64,000 bases of DNA, from assembly GCA_963663405.2 (NCBI GenBank), contig CAXXSM010000012.1, forward strand, positions 8,989 through 72,988. The letters run 5' to 3'. Below are positions 1 through 10,102 of the stretch, piece after piece. Below the pieces are notes generated by a model. That model did no database searches. It had not been told where the DNA came from and saw nothing but the letters and a program-made list of their open reading frames with translations. A program made the position numbers and the translations under genes. Positions within the stretch are counted from its first letter, which is position 1; every line of letters begins with the position of its first letter. This DNA is from a bacterium (GTDB lineage: Bacteria; Hinthialibacterota; Hinthialibacteria; Hinthialibacterales; Hinthialibacteraceae).

Positions 1-1
1 G

Positions 2-76
2 ACACAATTAGATCCACCGATGATCTATTTCGATTTCCGGTTTGAAGATTCATTCATTCTTCCGTCTGGATTCTAA
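2..76 (+). CDS. 3' end of a gene entering from the left (partial)
   Basis: Frame 2 is open from the window edge (TQLDPPMIYFDFRFEDSFILPSGF*) and is followed by a terminator. Confidence 0.35.
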   Translation, partial: TQLDPPMIYFDFRFEDSFILPSGF

Positions 77-102
77 ACATTAACATATGGGTAAAACGAG
101 AG

Positions 103-138
103 ACGGCGCTTCCTCTGGGAAGCGCCGTTACTTTTTTT
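103..138 (+). terminator. Rho-independent terminator
   Basis: ACGGCGCTTCC-tctg-GGAAGCGCCGT perfect 11-bp stem followed by a T7 tract. Confidence 0.85.
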
Positions 139-324
139 ATTGCAATTCGTATGAATCTACATGCTTTGTATTGATTCCGGTTTCTAACACGCGCCCGCCA
201 CCGATAAAGGATTGAATCAAGTGGAAAGTATCTTTGGGCTGTTCGGGAATCAAACCCCGTGATAAAATGACATAAAAACCGGATGATATCAACTCAACTG
301 TTTCTGTTTGAAAGGAAATCCAGA

Positions 325-1251
325 ATGCGCGCCGTTTTGATCTTTGCTACGTGTCTCATTGTCGCAGCCGTGGTAGTAGGCGTGGTTCTTTTTGCGCCCG
401 CTCCAACGGAAGAACAAATCGTTGTGAGCCGGATCGAATTAGAACGTCCCCCTCAACCGGTTTTACAAAGCGATCCTGGAGCCAGGCATATTCTTGACTT
501 TTTCCCTGAACTCCCCGATCCTGCGCCACAAGCGGACTCTCCCAGCGTGGAAAGTCAATCCCCCCAGCCGCAAACTTCCTCCAGTGGAACCTCTCAATTT
601 TCTAAAGAGATGGATCGGAACCGTCTGCTCTCTCTCATTGAGGATTGGGTTTATGTGAATTACACGCAGGTCGGTTCAACGAAATTAGGTCAAATCCACC
701 GGACGCGTGAGAAAAAAATGTTCGATATCTTTGAAGGAACGAAGTTTGATAACGGCATCGTTGTGGCGGCTCTGAACAATGACGCAGTAACTCTGCAGCT
801 CGGGGAAGCGACGTATGATATGCGCCTGGCTATTGAGCCGTCTTTTTACGCGGATCTCAAAGATAAGACGCGCCCCATTACGCCGGAAGAACAAAAGGAA
901 GCGTTTGAATACTATATGAGACGGTTTGGCGATAAGTTCAAAGCCAATTCTAAAGGATACACCCCTCCGGCTGGCATGAAAAATCCTACGCGTTCGACCA
1001 AAGAATCACGGGAACAGGGATTAAAGGAATACATGGAACGGTATGGAGATCAATTTAGAAAAGAAACAAAACAGTACCCCGTTCAGTTCAATTACCCCGC
1101 CCAACAGAAAGAACTGTACCAAAAATATTGGGAAAAATTTCATTCAGGACTTCCCATGCCGGATTTTGATCAAGTGTTGGGCGGTCAAAATCAACTCGGT
1201 CCCGGCGCTCGAACGCAGTCATCAGCTCAGTCTTCCGGCGGTTCGCAATAA
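325..1251 (+). CDS. Hypothetical membrane-anchored protein (weak GspC/PilP-like central domain)
   Basis: Long ORF (283 alternative start; AAAGGA RBS before ATG 325), N-terminal TM helix, Pro/Ser-rich linker, beta-rich segment GTKFDNGIVVAALNNDAVTL. Confidence 0.6.
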   Translation: MRAVLIFATCLIVAAVVVGVVLFAPAPTEEQIVVSRIELERPPQPVLQSDPGARHILDFFPELPDPAPQADSPSVESQSPQPQTSSSGTSQFSKEMDRNRLLSLIEDWVYVNYTQVGSTKLGQIHRTREKKMFDIFEGTKFDNGIVVAALNNDAVTLQLGEATYDMRLAIEPSFYADLKDKTRPITPEEQKEAFEYYMRRFGDKFKANSKGYTPPAGMKNPTRSTKESREQGLKEYMERYGDQFRKETKQYPVQFNYPAQQKELYQKYWEKFHSGLPMPDFDQVLGGQNQLGPGARTQSSAQSSGGSQ

Positions 1252-1283
1252 ACCATCTATGATTTCAAAGGAGTATTTGCAGA

Positions 1284-2483
1284 GTGAAGCGATTCCTTCC
1301 TCTTAGCAGTATTATTTTGTCCTTGTATATCTTCGGCGCATGCGGTGATTCCTCTCCAAACCCAGAAACAACGCTTGCAGAGAGTGAAACGCCTCAACAA
1401 TTCCGCGCGAATTTCCAGTTGGATTCCAAGCCCGATTCCATCGATGACAAATTAGTCGCGGAATGGAATGGAGGGAAACTCTACCTATCACAGATTAATA
1501 AGATCCTTGAACCACGGAAAAGAAAACTGCGTGAGGTTACGCAAGATGAGAACACAATCGATCAGATGATCGCGAAAGAACGGCCTCAAATTGTAGAGAC
1601 GCTGGTTGATAATTACCTTCTTCTCATGGAAGCGCGCGATCAAGATGTTATATTATCCCCCCTCGACCAGGACCAAATCCGTAAAGAAATTCATTCCCGG
1701 TTCAATACACAAGAAGAATATGAGGCCTATCTCAAACAATCCGGGGACTCAGAAGAATCTCTATTTCAAGTTCTGGCGAACATCCGTATTGGGCAAAAAT
1801 GCGTCCAGAACGAACAGAAAAAAGTCAAAAAAGAAATCACGACAGAATACATGAAGGCCTATTACGAAGAGAACAAAAAAATGTTCACCCCCCCCCATCG
1901 GTCCGCCGTCAACCGGATTATCATCCGTGAGAATGAAACGCGAACCTTGGAAGAAGCGGAAAAACTGGCGAAACGTTTGTACAATGAAGTGCAAGAGAAA
2001 ATTAATCATTTAGATACGTTTGACGAGAAACGAAAGGTCATGCAGGAATACGCGGAAAAATATTCCGACGCGGCGGAAGCAAAAATTAATTACGGTTTTA
2101 TCTACATTTATCATGATGATTCCGCCAAAGAAAGTTACACCAAAGAATTCTTAGATGAATTACTGCGGGTAAAGGTAGGAGAACTCTCTTCTTTAGTCCG
2201 TACGAAGAAGGGATACGGTTTCTTCTTCCCGAAGGAACAGATTCCCTCCCGCGCCAATCCATTTGAATCCAAAGCGATCCAACGGATGCTGCCCAACATG
2301 ATTCTCGTAGAACGCATGAAAGAGTGGCGGGAATCTTTGAAAGATAAATTCAATCTGCATGTATATTATGAGAATCTCGACCTGCCTCCAAACATGGAAA
2401 AATATGCGCAAAACATCTATCCTTCTACAAAAACCGTCCGATCTACTAGACCATCCAAATCACCACGCCCCGTTATGAAATAA
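1284..2483 (+). CDS. SurA/PrsA-like peptidyl-prolyl isomerase (PpiC-type) lipoprotein
   Basis: Lipobox IFGAC; SurA-N-like helices (LVDNYLLLMEA); degenerate rotamase domain (AEKYSD...VGELSSLVRTKKGY). Confidence 0.75.
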   Translation: MKRFLPLSSIILSLYIFGACGDSSPNPETTLAESETPQQFRANFQLDSKPDSIDDKLVAEWNGGKLYLSQINKILEPRKRKLREVTQDENTIDQMIAKERPQIVETLVDNYLLLMEARDQDVILSPLDQDQIRKEIHSRFNTQEEYEAYLKQSGDSEESLFQVLANIRIGQKCVQNEQKKVKKEITTEYMKAYYEENKKMFTPPHRSAVNRIIIRENETRTLEEAEKLAKRLYNEVQEKINHLDTFDEKRKVMQEYAEKYSDAAEAKINYGFIYIYHDDSAKESYTKEFLDELLRVKVGELSSLVRTKKGYGFFFPKEQIPSRANPFESKAIQRMLPNMILVERMKEWRESLKDKFNLHVYYENLDLPPNMEKYAQNIYPSTKTVRSTRPSKSPRPVMK

Positions 2484-2946
2484 TTCAGTTGAATTTACGC
2501 CATGAATCGATAAACCTGCGCGGAGTCCATAAAAACAAGAAAGCAACATGGAAAGCGATTCTTTTCTGACGATTTTGAATGAATTGAATATACTTACTAT
2601 ACCGTGTGCGCCTTCTTCGGATAGCTCATACGGTGGCGTTTTGTAATTCCCAACTCAACAATCTATTTTTGTATTCTGTGCTGTGACTCCGTCACAGCAT
2701 GATATGTGGGAACCGTCTTGTAAATGATTGAATGATACCGCGCCGTTCCTGGATAGATGCAATTCCGTTCCAAGGAAGCGCCGCGCGTATCGTTGATTTT
2801 CTCGATCGGTTATAGAATGACAGTAAGTCTTTTCCAGGTAAATCTGGTCATTCATCGTTCTGAATCCTTTTTACGCCTGGGAAGGATTTACCGTAATCCT
2901 GCTATCATATTTTTTTTGTATTTTCAACTTAAAAGGAAAAGGCGAA

Positions 2947-4230
2947 ATGACGACGGAAAAAGAAATCAATTTATCGGCCGTTTTTGAAGTGATGTGGGAA
3001 CGAGGGAAACGGATTTTCATTTTTACGCTGGTCTGTATGGTCCTGGGAGCGCTGGCGTCGCTGCTGATTAAAAACCGCTACGCCTCAACCGCGCAATTGA
3101 TAATGATTAAATCGAAACTGGGTGAAAACACATTGAAAAATCCACCCGTTCAAATGGGAACGTTTTCGCATATGATTAAACGCCGCGGAGTTCTGCAGGA
3201 AGCGATTACTCAGTTTGAACTGGATAAAAAACCATATAAGATGAAATACATCGATGATTTAGCCGAGCGGGTGAACGTATATCTTTTTACCGACAGCGCG
3301 TTATTTGATATTTACGTCGAAATGGAAGACATGAATTTAGCGGCGAATATCGCCAACTTCCTTGCCCAAAAAGCGATCGAAGCAAGTTCACAGATGGCGG
3401 CGTATGAAAAAATTACCAGCGCCAGCCATATTGAGATGGAAGTGGAAGCCTTGAATACGCAATTAAACGGTTTTCAGGATGTCTATCTCAATACACTGGT
3501 CACAAACATAAAACCGGTGCTGCAGAAGGAATTGGATACCAATATGACCATTCTCGCCACGCTGCGGCAGGAAAAAGAGACGATCGATGGCGGGATTGTC
3601 CAAATAGAAAATCAAATCGCGAATTACGATCGATTATTTTCCGCAACGGACACGGATTTTACAAAGTTTGTGATTACGCGCAAAAGCATTGTGAACGATC
3701 CTCTTGTATTTGAAGCCGTGCGGGAAAAAGCGAATATCAACCTGGAAGAGATCAGTGACCTCACTTTTCTCAGTGAAGACCTGGATGGAGGCTACGCGAC
3801 TCTCCGGTTGGAATACACGAAATTAAAAGTCGATCTGGAAGCGCAGAAAAAACTATCAGACTATAAAGACCAGCGAATCAAACAATTAGTAAAAACAGTC
3901 GCAGAACAACAAAAGGCCTTTTCGACAATGGATGTCAATGAAATGGTCGCCAAAGCCAATTTCGACCGGGAACTGGAAATCTTCGGTGGAGTGGATAAAG
4001 AGATGGGCTGGGTTGGAACTACAATCGCATCCGAGCGGCAGGATTTATGGTTGTTTGAAAAAGCGATCCCCGATCCAAAAAAAGTCTACCCCAGGCGGTC
4101 TCTGATCGTCGCGTTTATCGGTATCATGGCCTTTTTATTCTCTTTTTTATATTTCCTTCTCCGGGATCTTTACGGCCTCGTTGGATTTTCGATCTTTGAA
4201 GATGTCAAGAATGAAGAATCAAAATCCTAG
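2947..4230 (+). CDS. Wzz/GumC-family polysaccharide chain-length determinant
   Basis: N-terminal EINL..TM..YASTA, coiled-coil periplasmic region, C-terminal A.P..K.YPRRSLIV + TM helix. Confidence 0.8.
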   Translation: MTTEKEINLSAVFEVMWERGKRIFIFTLVCMVLGALASLLIKNRYASTAQLIMIKSKLGENTLKNPPVQMGTFSHMIKRRGVLQEAITQFELDKKPYKMKYIDDLAERVNVYLFTDSALFDIYVEMEDMNLAANIANFLAQKAIEASSQMAAYEKITSASHIEMEVEALNTQLNGFQDVYLNTLVTNIKPVLQKELDTNMTILATLRQEKETIDGGIVQIENQIANYDRLFSATDTDFTKFVITRKSIVNDPLVFEAVREKANINLEEISDLTFLSEDLDGGYATLRLEYTKLKVDLEAQKKLSDYKDQRIKQLVKTVAEQQKAFSTMDVNEMVAKANFDRELEIFGGVDKEMGWVGTTIASERQDLWLFEKAIPDPKKVYPRRSLIVAFIGIMAFLFSFLYFLLRDLYGLVGFSIFEDVKNEESKS

Positions 4231-5375
4231 TCTATCCCAGCATTGAAACAATCGAGTATTTCCCGCGCGGCGTTCGCCGACGCTCTCTTTTCGCCTAACC
4301 GCAACCGGACCGTTTTGAGATCGTCTTTCATCTCTTGATAGCGGCTGGGTGATGAGAGAATGGTCTGCGTATGACGGGCCAGCGACTCAGGGTGACATTG
4401 TTCCTGTATAAATTCCGCGCAAATTCCTTTCTGCGCGATCAAATTCACCATACCTATATACGGCGCCCGGACCAATCGGCGGCCGAGAAAGATATTAACC
4501 GGTCCGGTTCGGTAAACGACCGCCATAGGAATTCCAAGAAGGGCGTTTTCCAACGTCGCGGTTCCCGACGCGGTCCAAGCGAACGTGATTTCCTTCCGCA
4601 ATCGATAATCCGGATCGCGGCGGATTTCGATCCAGGATGGAAGATCAAATCGCTTAAGCGCGTCCTCTGGCAAGGAACTCGCCAAGGGAAAAAGGAATCG
4701 CGCTCGTGGATTCCTCTCCCGGAGCCGCTTCGCCGCCTGTATCAGTGAAGGGAGGATATAACGCAACTCACTCCGCCGGCTTCCCGGCAACAATCCAATC
4801 AGGGGGGATTCGGGAACCGCGTTGGAATAAGAGTCCTGTGGGATTTCCTCCTCCATCACTCCAAACCGTTCCGCAAGTGGATGGCCGACATAGGTTGTAT
4901 GAACGCCCCGCTCCGAGAAAAAAGCCTCTTCAAAGGGAAAGATCACCATTAACTTTTTGATGACCCTCCGCATCAATTCCACGCGCCCTTCACGCCATGC
5001 CCAGGCTTGCGGGGCGATATAGTACAACACAGGGATCCCTAATTCATGCGCCCGTTTGGCCAACCGCAGATGCAGCCCAGGAAAATCGACGAACAAGATC
5101 GCATCCGGTTTGCGTTCATTCCAAATTTCTTCAGCCAAGTGTTTAACGCGAGCCACCTGGGGCAGTTTCTTAATCACTTCCACAAATCCGATTAACGCCA
5201 GATCCGGCAGTGGATAAAGAATCTCAACACCAGCGTCTTTCATCCGGTTCCCGCCAAATCCAAATAATTCAATCCCCGGACATTGGTTTTTTAATTCTTC
5301 ACAAAGCCGCGAAGCGTGTAATTCCGCTGATTCTTCCCCCACGGAGATAAACAGTTTGATTTTTTTTTGTTCCAT
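4227..5375 (-). CDS. lpxB: Lipid-A-disaccharide synthase
   Basis: SVGEESAE, VDFPGL, YYIAPQAWAWR, IFPFE, YVGHP, LLPGSRRSE and SGTATLE motifs; likely start ATG 5375. Confidence 0.95.
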   Translation of the reverse strand: MEQKKIKLFISVGEESAELHASRLCEELKNQCPGIELFGFGGNRMKDAGVEILYPLPDLALIGFVEVIKKLPQVARVKHLAEEIWNERKPDAILFVDFPGLHLRLAKRAHELGIPVLYYIAPQAWAWREGRVELMRRVIKKLMVIFPFEEAFFSERGVHTTYVGHPLAERFGVMEEEIPQDSYSNAVPESPLIGLLPGSRRSELRYILPSLIQAAKRLRERNPRARFLFPLASSLPEDALKRFDLPSWIEIRRDPDYRLRKEITFAWTASGTATLENALLGIPMAVVYRTGPVNIFLGRRLVRAPYIGMVNLIAQKGICAEFIQEQCHPESLARHTQTILSSPSRYQEMKDDLKTVRLRLGEKRASANAAREILDCFNAGID

Positions 5376-5382
5376 AGTCGAT

Positions 5383-7344
5383 TTATTCAAATTTGAAGGG
5401 CCGTTTGGCGCCGGATCTCCACTCTTTAAGGATCTCAAGATTGGCGGAAGGAAGTTTGTAATCTGGATTCACCGCCACAGACATTTTAAAATCATCTTCC
5501 GCCGCGTCCCAATTGCCCCCGATCGCGCGAAGAACGCCTCTTTCATTAAAATAAATATGCGTAAACGGATCGTTGGTCAAAATCATATCCGTGAGCAGGT
5601 GATCGAACAATACGATGAATTCAGGCGCGCGATGACCGTTAATCATCGCTTCAAACGCATAGTAATACCCTAAACGGTTCCATTCAAACTCATAGTATTT
5701 ACCGGCAATATACTTCCAGGGCTGGGGATGTCTGCCTTCGATAACCACAGCGGCGAGCAGAGCGTCCAAGGCTCTGTCCGGCTCGTGATTTTTTAGAAGA
5801 TAAAATCCCTTTTCATAATATACTACCCAAGTAAATCGATCGTACGAACGGTACGTAGAGACATCGGATTGGCGTAAGGCTTCCTGACTTCGCACAACCG
5901 CAACCGCGCAGATCAAATTGAGTAACAGCGCCACTGTCAATACCAGGCCGGAGATAGAAGGGATCAGCGCCGGTTTCCAACGCCGCCCAATCCAATAGAT
6001 CAGCCCCAACACCGTCATTACAGCGCCGGCGCCGAATAATCGTTCAAGACAATGCTCGCCCCATTCTGGCGAGGTGAAATGATTGATCACGCCAGGGAGA
6101 AAACCGGTGTGAATCGCTTTGATGATTTCGGACCAGGTTTGGTAATGGTTCAGTTGGATGGTCCCGCCGACTTCAGCGATTAAGAGTGAGACAGTCCACA
6201 ACGCGGCAAGAACAGCGATACATTTCAACCATATCTTTGGAATCGCGTCAAAAAGAAAAGCCAATCCAATAATGAAAAGCGGCGTACAGCCGATCATCCG
6301 CCGGTTCCCGAATGAACCGCCGGACCACCAGGCCAAGTTACAGGAGTAAATATAGAGCTGCAGCAGCGCAGGAATCGCAAACACAGCGCCCCGTTTCGAA
6401 AGAAACAATCCAAGCAGCCCGATTCCAAACAATGGGCTCCATGAAATCATCCCATGATAATCAGAAAACAGGGTGTTATAGATTTCCGGCTGGGTCCAGA
6501 GCACATCACCCGAACGGGGCAAAGCGAACCAGGATCCATACAATAACTTCCACACAAGCGTTTGGGGGGAAAAAGTCAGCCCCACTCCAAGAAACAACCC
6601 CGCCCAATCGGCTATACGCTTTTTCAAACAACAAGAGGTTTTTGATGACAAGGCTTCTTCAATAATTGGGATCAATATGAATAATAAATTGTGCGGACGC
6701 ACAAGCGCGGCCATACCGATCGCGCAGCCACAAAGGAATCCATGCCAGACGCGGCCCTCTTCTTGATACTGATGTCTCAAAAAAAGAAAAAGCGCAATGA
6801 AAAACGCGGAAGGAGGATGAGAATCCGCCGCATTCACATAGACATGATATGTGAACGAACTCCCTAGCCCAATTAAAGCCGCAGCCCAAATCGCGGAGGA
6901 ATGAGAGATCCTTTCTATCCTACATAACCGGTAGGAAAGCCAGATCGTTCCACCACTATACACCATTGCCGCGCCAAACGTTACGATCCATTTCGATAAC
7001 CAAGTCAGACCGGCGGCTTCTCCACCAGCGCCAAAGAATAGAGCGATCCACTCCACAAAACGCGCAAGTACCAGGAAGGGAATCCAACAGATCCCCGTTC
7101 CCATCGGCCAGTCATTGGCGGGATAGCCTTCCGCAGTTAAATACGTTTCATGAAACGCGAATGGAAACTGCGCATATTGATTGGCGAAACAAAAATCAAG
7201 ATCGTATGTAAGCGAATGCGCGTACGAATAATAAAACGCCAAATCCGGTGGAGCGATGCGCACACGCCCAAAGAGCAAAAGAAAGAGTGAAAAGAAAAGA
7301 AAAAAAGAGAGGAAAACCGGCCGTTTCATTTCTGTTTTCAACAA
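5383..7344 (-). CDS. GT-C-type multi-pass membrane glycosyltransferase-like protein with C-terminal TPR-like repeats
   Basis: PD..FYYSY..SL..D.D loop, many TM helices, WWSGGSFGNRR motif, TPR-like tail. Confidence 0.65.
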   Translation of the reverse strand: MLKTEMKRPVFLSFFLFFSLFLLLFGRVRIAPPDLAFYYSYAHSLTYDLDFCFANQYAQFPFAFHETYLTAEGYPANDWPMGTGICWIPFLVLARFVEWIALFFGAGGEAAGLTWLSKWIVTFGAAMVYSGGTIWLSYRLCRIERISHSSAIWAAALIGLGSSFTYHVYVNAADSHPPSAFFIALFLFLRHQYQEEGRVWHGFLCGCAIGMAALVRPHNLLFILIPIIEEALSSKTSCCLKKRIADWAGLFLGVGLTFSPQTLVWKLLYGSWFALPRSGDVLWTQPEIYNTLFSDYHGMISWSPLFGIGLLGLFLSKRGAVFAIPALLQLYIYSCNLAWWSGGSFGNRRMIGCTPLFIIGLAFLFDAIPKIWLKCIAVLAALWTVSLLIAEVGGTIQLNHYQTWSEIIKAIHTGFLPGVINHFTSPEWGEHCLERLFGAGAVMTVLGLIYWIGRRWKPALIPSISGLVLTVALLLNLICAVAVVRSQEALRQSDVSTYRSYDRFTWVVYYEKGFYLLKNHEPDRALDALLAAVVIEGRHPQPWKYIAGKYYEFEWNRLGYYYAFEAMINGHRAPEFIVLFDHLLTDMILTNDPFTHIYFNERGVLRAIGGNWDAAEDDFKMSVAVNPDYKLPSANLEILKEWRSGAKRPFKFE

Positions 7345-7450
7345 AAGCGATTCATTCGTTATTAATTAATGCGTCTAGCGTACACGGACGAGACATACGC
7401 TCGTCATTACCCTACGATTCAAACGCGGTTTCCTATAAAATAGAAGACCT

Positions 7451-8068
7451 ATGAACGACTCGTGGAATCTCCTGAAAAACGCGCTCTGGCCCGCGGTCTT
7501 TTGGACGTGGGTGATTTGTGTTTCATTATGGGTGGAATTGACTTCGCTGAACTCATCGATGGGCAGCGGCGCCTCCCGATTTTCGGATATTGTATTTACC
7601 GGGATGCGTCTCGAACAGATTATGCAGGATGGGAGCTCGTTGATCATCAATTCCCCCAAAGCCTGGCTGGAAGGCGATGAGAACCGTCTCTATTTACAAA
7701 CACCGGAATTGACACGGAAAGACGCGAGAGATAACGTTTTCTCCGCCTCCTCGGCGATCGGTATCGTCACGGCGCGATTGTCTGAGAGCGCCCTTCCATT
7801 GGAGTTCAATTATCTCGAATTGGCTGGAGGCGCAAACGCTGTAGGCAAAGGATCGTCGGTATCATCGGAACGGATGCTCTTGGATTGCAGAAAAAGAATT
7901 TTTTTTACATCAAATCCATGTCAATTCAAGAAAAACGAGATGAACGCCAACATGAATGTATCATTGCTCTACGACCCACTGAGTGACCGTGGCGAGCAAG
8001 TGAAAGACGAATCAACAATACCCTGGATTCAGAAAAAAACCGGAGATGAGAAAAACGCCGGTCAATAA
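7451..8068 (+). CDS. LptC-like LPS export protein (divergent)
   Basis: Single N-terminal TM then beta-jellyroll-like sequence (AWLEGDENRLYLQTP...VSSERMLLD); lies before an LptA-like gene near lpxB. Confidence 0.5.
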   Translation: MNDSWNLLKNALWPAVFWTWVICVSLWVELTSLNSSMGSGASRFSDIVFTGMRLEQIMQDGSSLIINSPKAWLEGDENRLYLQTPELTRKDARDNVFSASSAIGIVTARLSESALPLEFNYLELAGGANAVGKGSSVSSERMLLDCRKRIFFTSNPCQFKKNEMNANMNVSLLYDPLSDRGEQVKDESTIPWIQKKTGDEKNAGQ

Positions 8069-8097
8069 TTGCATAATCCTTTTAATTTCTATACAAT
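8069..8097 (+). promoter_or_regulatory. Sigma70-type promoter
   Basis: TTGCAT-17 nt-TACAAT upstream of the ORF at 8154. Confidence 0.55.
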
Positions 8098-8153
8098 CAT
8101 CGGAGTAGTAGCAAAGAATCATTGATATTCTATTATGAAAGGACCTTGGGACG

Positions 8154-9227
8154 ATGAGGGTTTCTTATAGCATAGCGCGGATGGGCATTTTTTCCTTTAT
8201 AATTGGCGTATTTATGATGATTGATTGTCTCGCATGGGGACAGTCCTCTATTTCAACGAAGAGCGGGAAAGAGATACAAATCTTCGATGATTCCGAAATG
8301 GAGATGGACAATCCCCTTTCCGATAATCCAACGTACTATTTGACTCCGAAAGAAGGCTCCGCTCTCGCGCATGTGCAAATTAAAGAGGGGACGGAAGTCA
8401 ATGATCTCTTCGCGGAAAAAATCACCTACCTTCCCAAGACAGAGGAATTCAATCTCGAAGGGAACGCCCGGATTCAGCAGGGAAACAATGTTATGTCCGG
8501 GCCCGTGCGCATCCAGTATGAGCCCGCCAAAAAAACCGTCATTCTGACTGGGTCCAAGGAGAAACCCGCCGAGATACTCTACACACGGGATGATGGTACC
8601 CCCGTTCAGATCAACGCCATTCAATTTACATTAACCTTGGATGACAGAGGAAGACTGAAAAATTTCAAAACAAAAGGGCATCTCTACTCGAAGATTCTTA
8701 CCCAAGCCAGCCGGGGAAAGAGCGGTAAAGATATCCAGATCGGCGGCGAGACAGAATTAGAGATGGCCGATCCCTTGACCAAGGCCGCCAAGTATATCTT
8801 AACGCCCAAAACCGGCGCCTCACGCGCGCATGTGCAAATTAAAGAAGGCGCGGAATTGAGTCATCTATTCGCAAAGACAATCACCTACTATCCCAGTACA
8901 GAACGATTCTATCTCAACGGCCAAGGCCGGATCGAGCGGGGAGAGGATTTTATGTCGGGGCCCATCCGGATTGATTACAATCCATCAAGAAACCAGATGA
9001 TTTTAGTGGGATCGGAAAATAATCCCTCTGAAATTCAATTCTCCCGTGAGGATGGAACGCCCATTCATACAAAATCCGTTGGTTATACGCTTTTATTTGA
9101 CACAACGGGAAAATTACAGAATATAAAATCAAAAGGCCAAATTTCTTCCATCGTCCTTTTACCCGGCGAAAAAAAGGCGCCGGTTGCGAAAGAACCGTTA
9201 AGAAGAAAACTAAGCGGCCCGAAATAA
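8154..9227 (+). CDS. LptA/OstA-like periplasmic protein with two tandem 153-aa repeats
   Basis: Signal peptide; OstA-like strands (AEKITY...FNLEGNARIQQGNNVMSG..IQY) present twice. Confidence 0.6.
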   Translation: MRVSYSIARMGIFSFIIGVFMMIDCLAWGQSSISTKSGKEIQIFDDSEMEMDNPLSDNPTYYLTPKEGSALAHVQIKEGTEVNDLFAEKITYLPKTEEFNLEGNARIQQGNNVMSGPVRIQYEPAKKTVILTGSKEKPAEILYTRDDGTPVQINAIQFTLTLDDRGRLKNFKTKGHLYSKILTQASRGKSGKDIQIGGETELEMADPLTKAAKYILTPKTGASRAHVQIKEGAELSHLFAKTITYYPSTERFYLNGQGRIERGEDFMSGPIRIDYNPSRNQMILVGSENNPSEIQFSREDGTPIHTKSVGYTLLFDTTGKLQNIKSKGQISSIVLLPGEKKAPVAKEPLRRKLSGPK

Positions 9228-9388
9228 TCGATGAATAAGCGGCGAAGATAAAAATAGGAAGTTGCGAAGTCGTTTTCCTTTTCTTCATGCATCATTTAAA
9301 ACCGAAAATAAAACGCTTATTATTCAAATAAGCTGACATTTCAAAATCCTGAACGTAAAATATTAAACTTATATCGAATGAATAGGGG

Positions 9389-9417
9389 TTGCCTAAATGG
9401 CGCCGGACTTTTAGACT
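9389..9417 (+). promoter_or_regulatory. Sigma70-type promoter of efp
   Basis: TTGCCT-17 nt-TAGACT. Confidence 0.5.
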
Positions 9418-9495
9418 TCGATCCCAGATAAGAAAAAACGCAGAATGGAACTTCCTGCATACGACTAAATTCCTTACACAATTGGAGAGACTTGA

Positions 9496-10059
9496 ATGGG
9501 CATACCGATCAAAGCGACGGAAATCCGCAATAACACGAAACTGGAAATAGATGGTGAAGTGTATGTCTGCACGAAATTCGAACACCATACGCCGGGTAAA
9601 GGACAGGCGGTGGTCCGGATGAAAATCAAGAACATCAAAACGGGCCGCGTTCTAGACAGAACCGTCCGCTCGGGAGAATTCTTAGATCGAGTCGTGTTGG
9701 AACCCCGGAAAGTGCAGTATCTCTACCGGGATGAAAACTTGAATTTCATGAATGTAGAAGATTACGAGCAATTCGCATTGGCCCCCGAAGCGCTTTTAGG
9801 GAAAGACGTCTGGCTGAAAGAGAATACCGAATTGACACTGCTCTTTCACAACGGTGAACCGATCGATGTGGAAATGCCCGCGCATATGGAATATGAAGTA
9901 ACCGAAACCGATCCAGGCGTGCGGGGTGACACCGTTTCCGGTGGGACCAAACCGGCGACTCTCGAAACCGGCGCTGTGATCCAAGTTCCTCTTTTCATTA
10001 ATATTGGAGACGTTCTCAAGGTTGATACCCGCGACGGAACCTACATCGAGCGTGTCTAA
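9496..10059 (+). CDS. efp: Elongation factor P
   Basis: HTPGKGQA loop, TDPGVRGDT, KPATLETG, VPLFI..GD..KVDTR. Confidence 0.97.
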   Translation: MGIPIKATEIRNNTKLEIDGEVYVCTKFEHHTPGKGQAVVRMKIKNIKTGRVLDRTVRSGEFLDRVVLEPRKVQYLYRDENLNFMNVEDYEQFALAPEALLGKDVWLKENTELTLLFHNGEPIDVEMPAHMEYEVTETDPGVRGDTVSGGTKPATLETGAVIQVPLFINIGDVLKVDTRDGTYIERV

Positions 10060-10102
10060 CGCGCTGTCTCTAACATCAACTCATTCGATTACACAATCAA
10101 CC

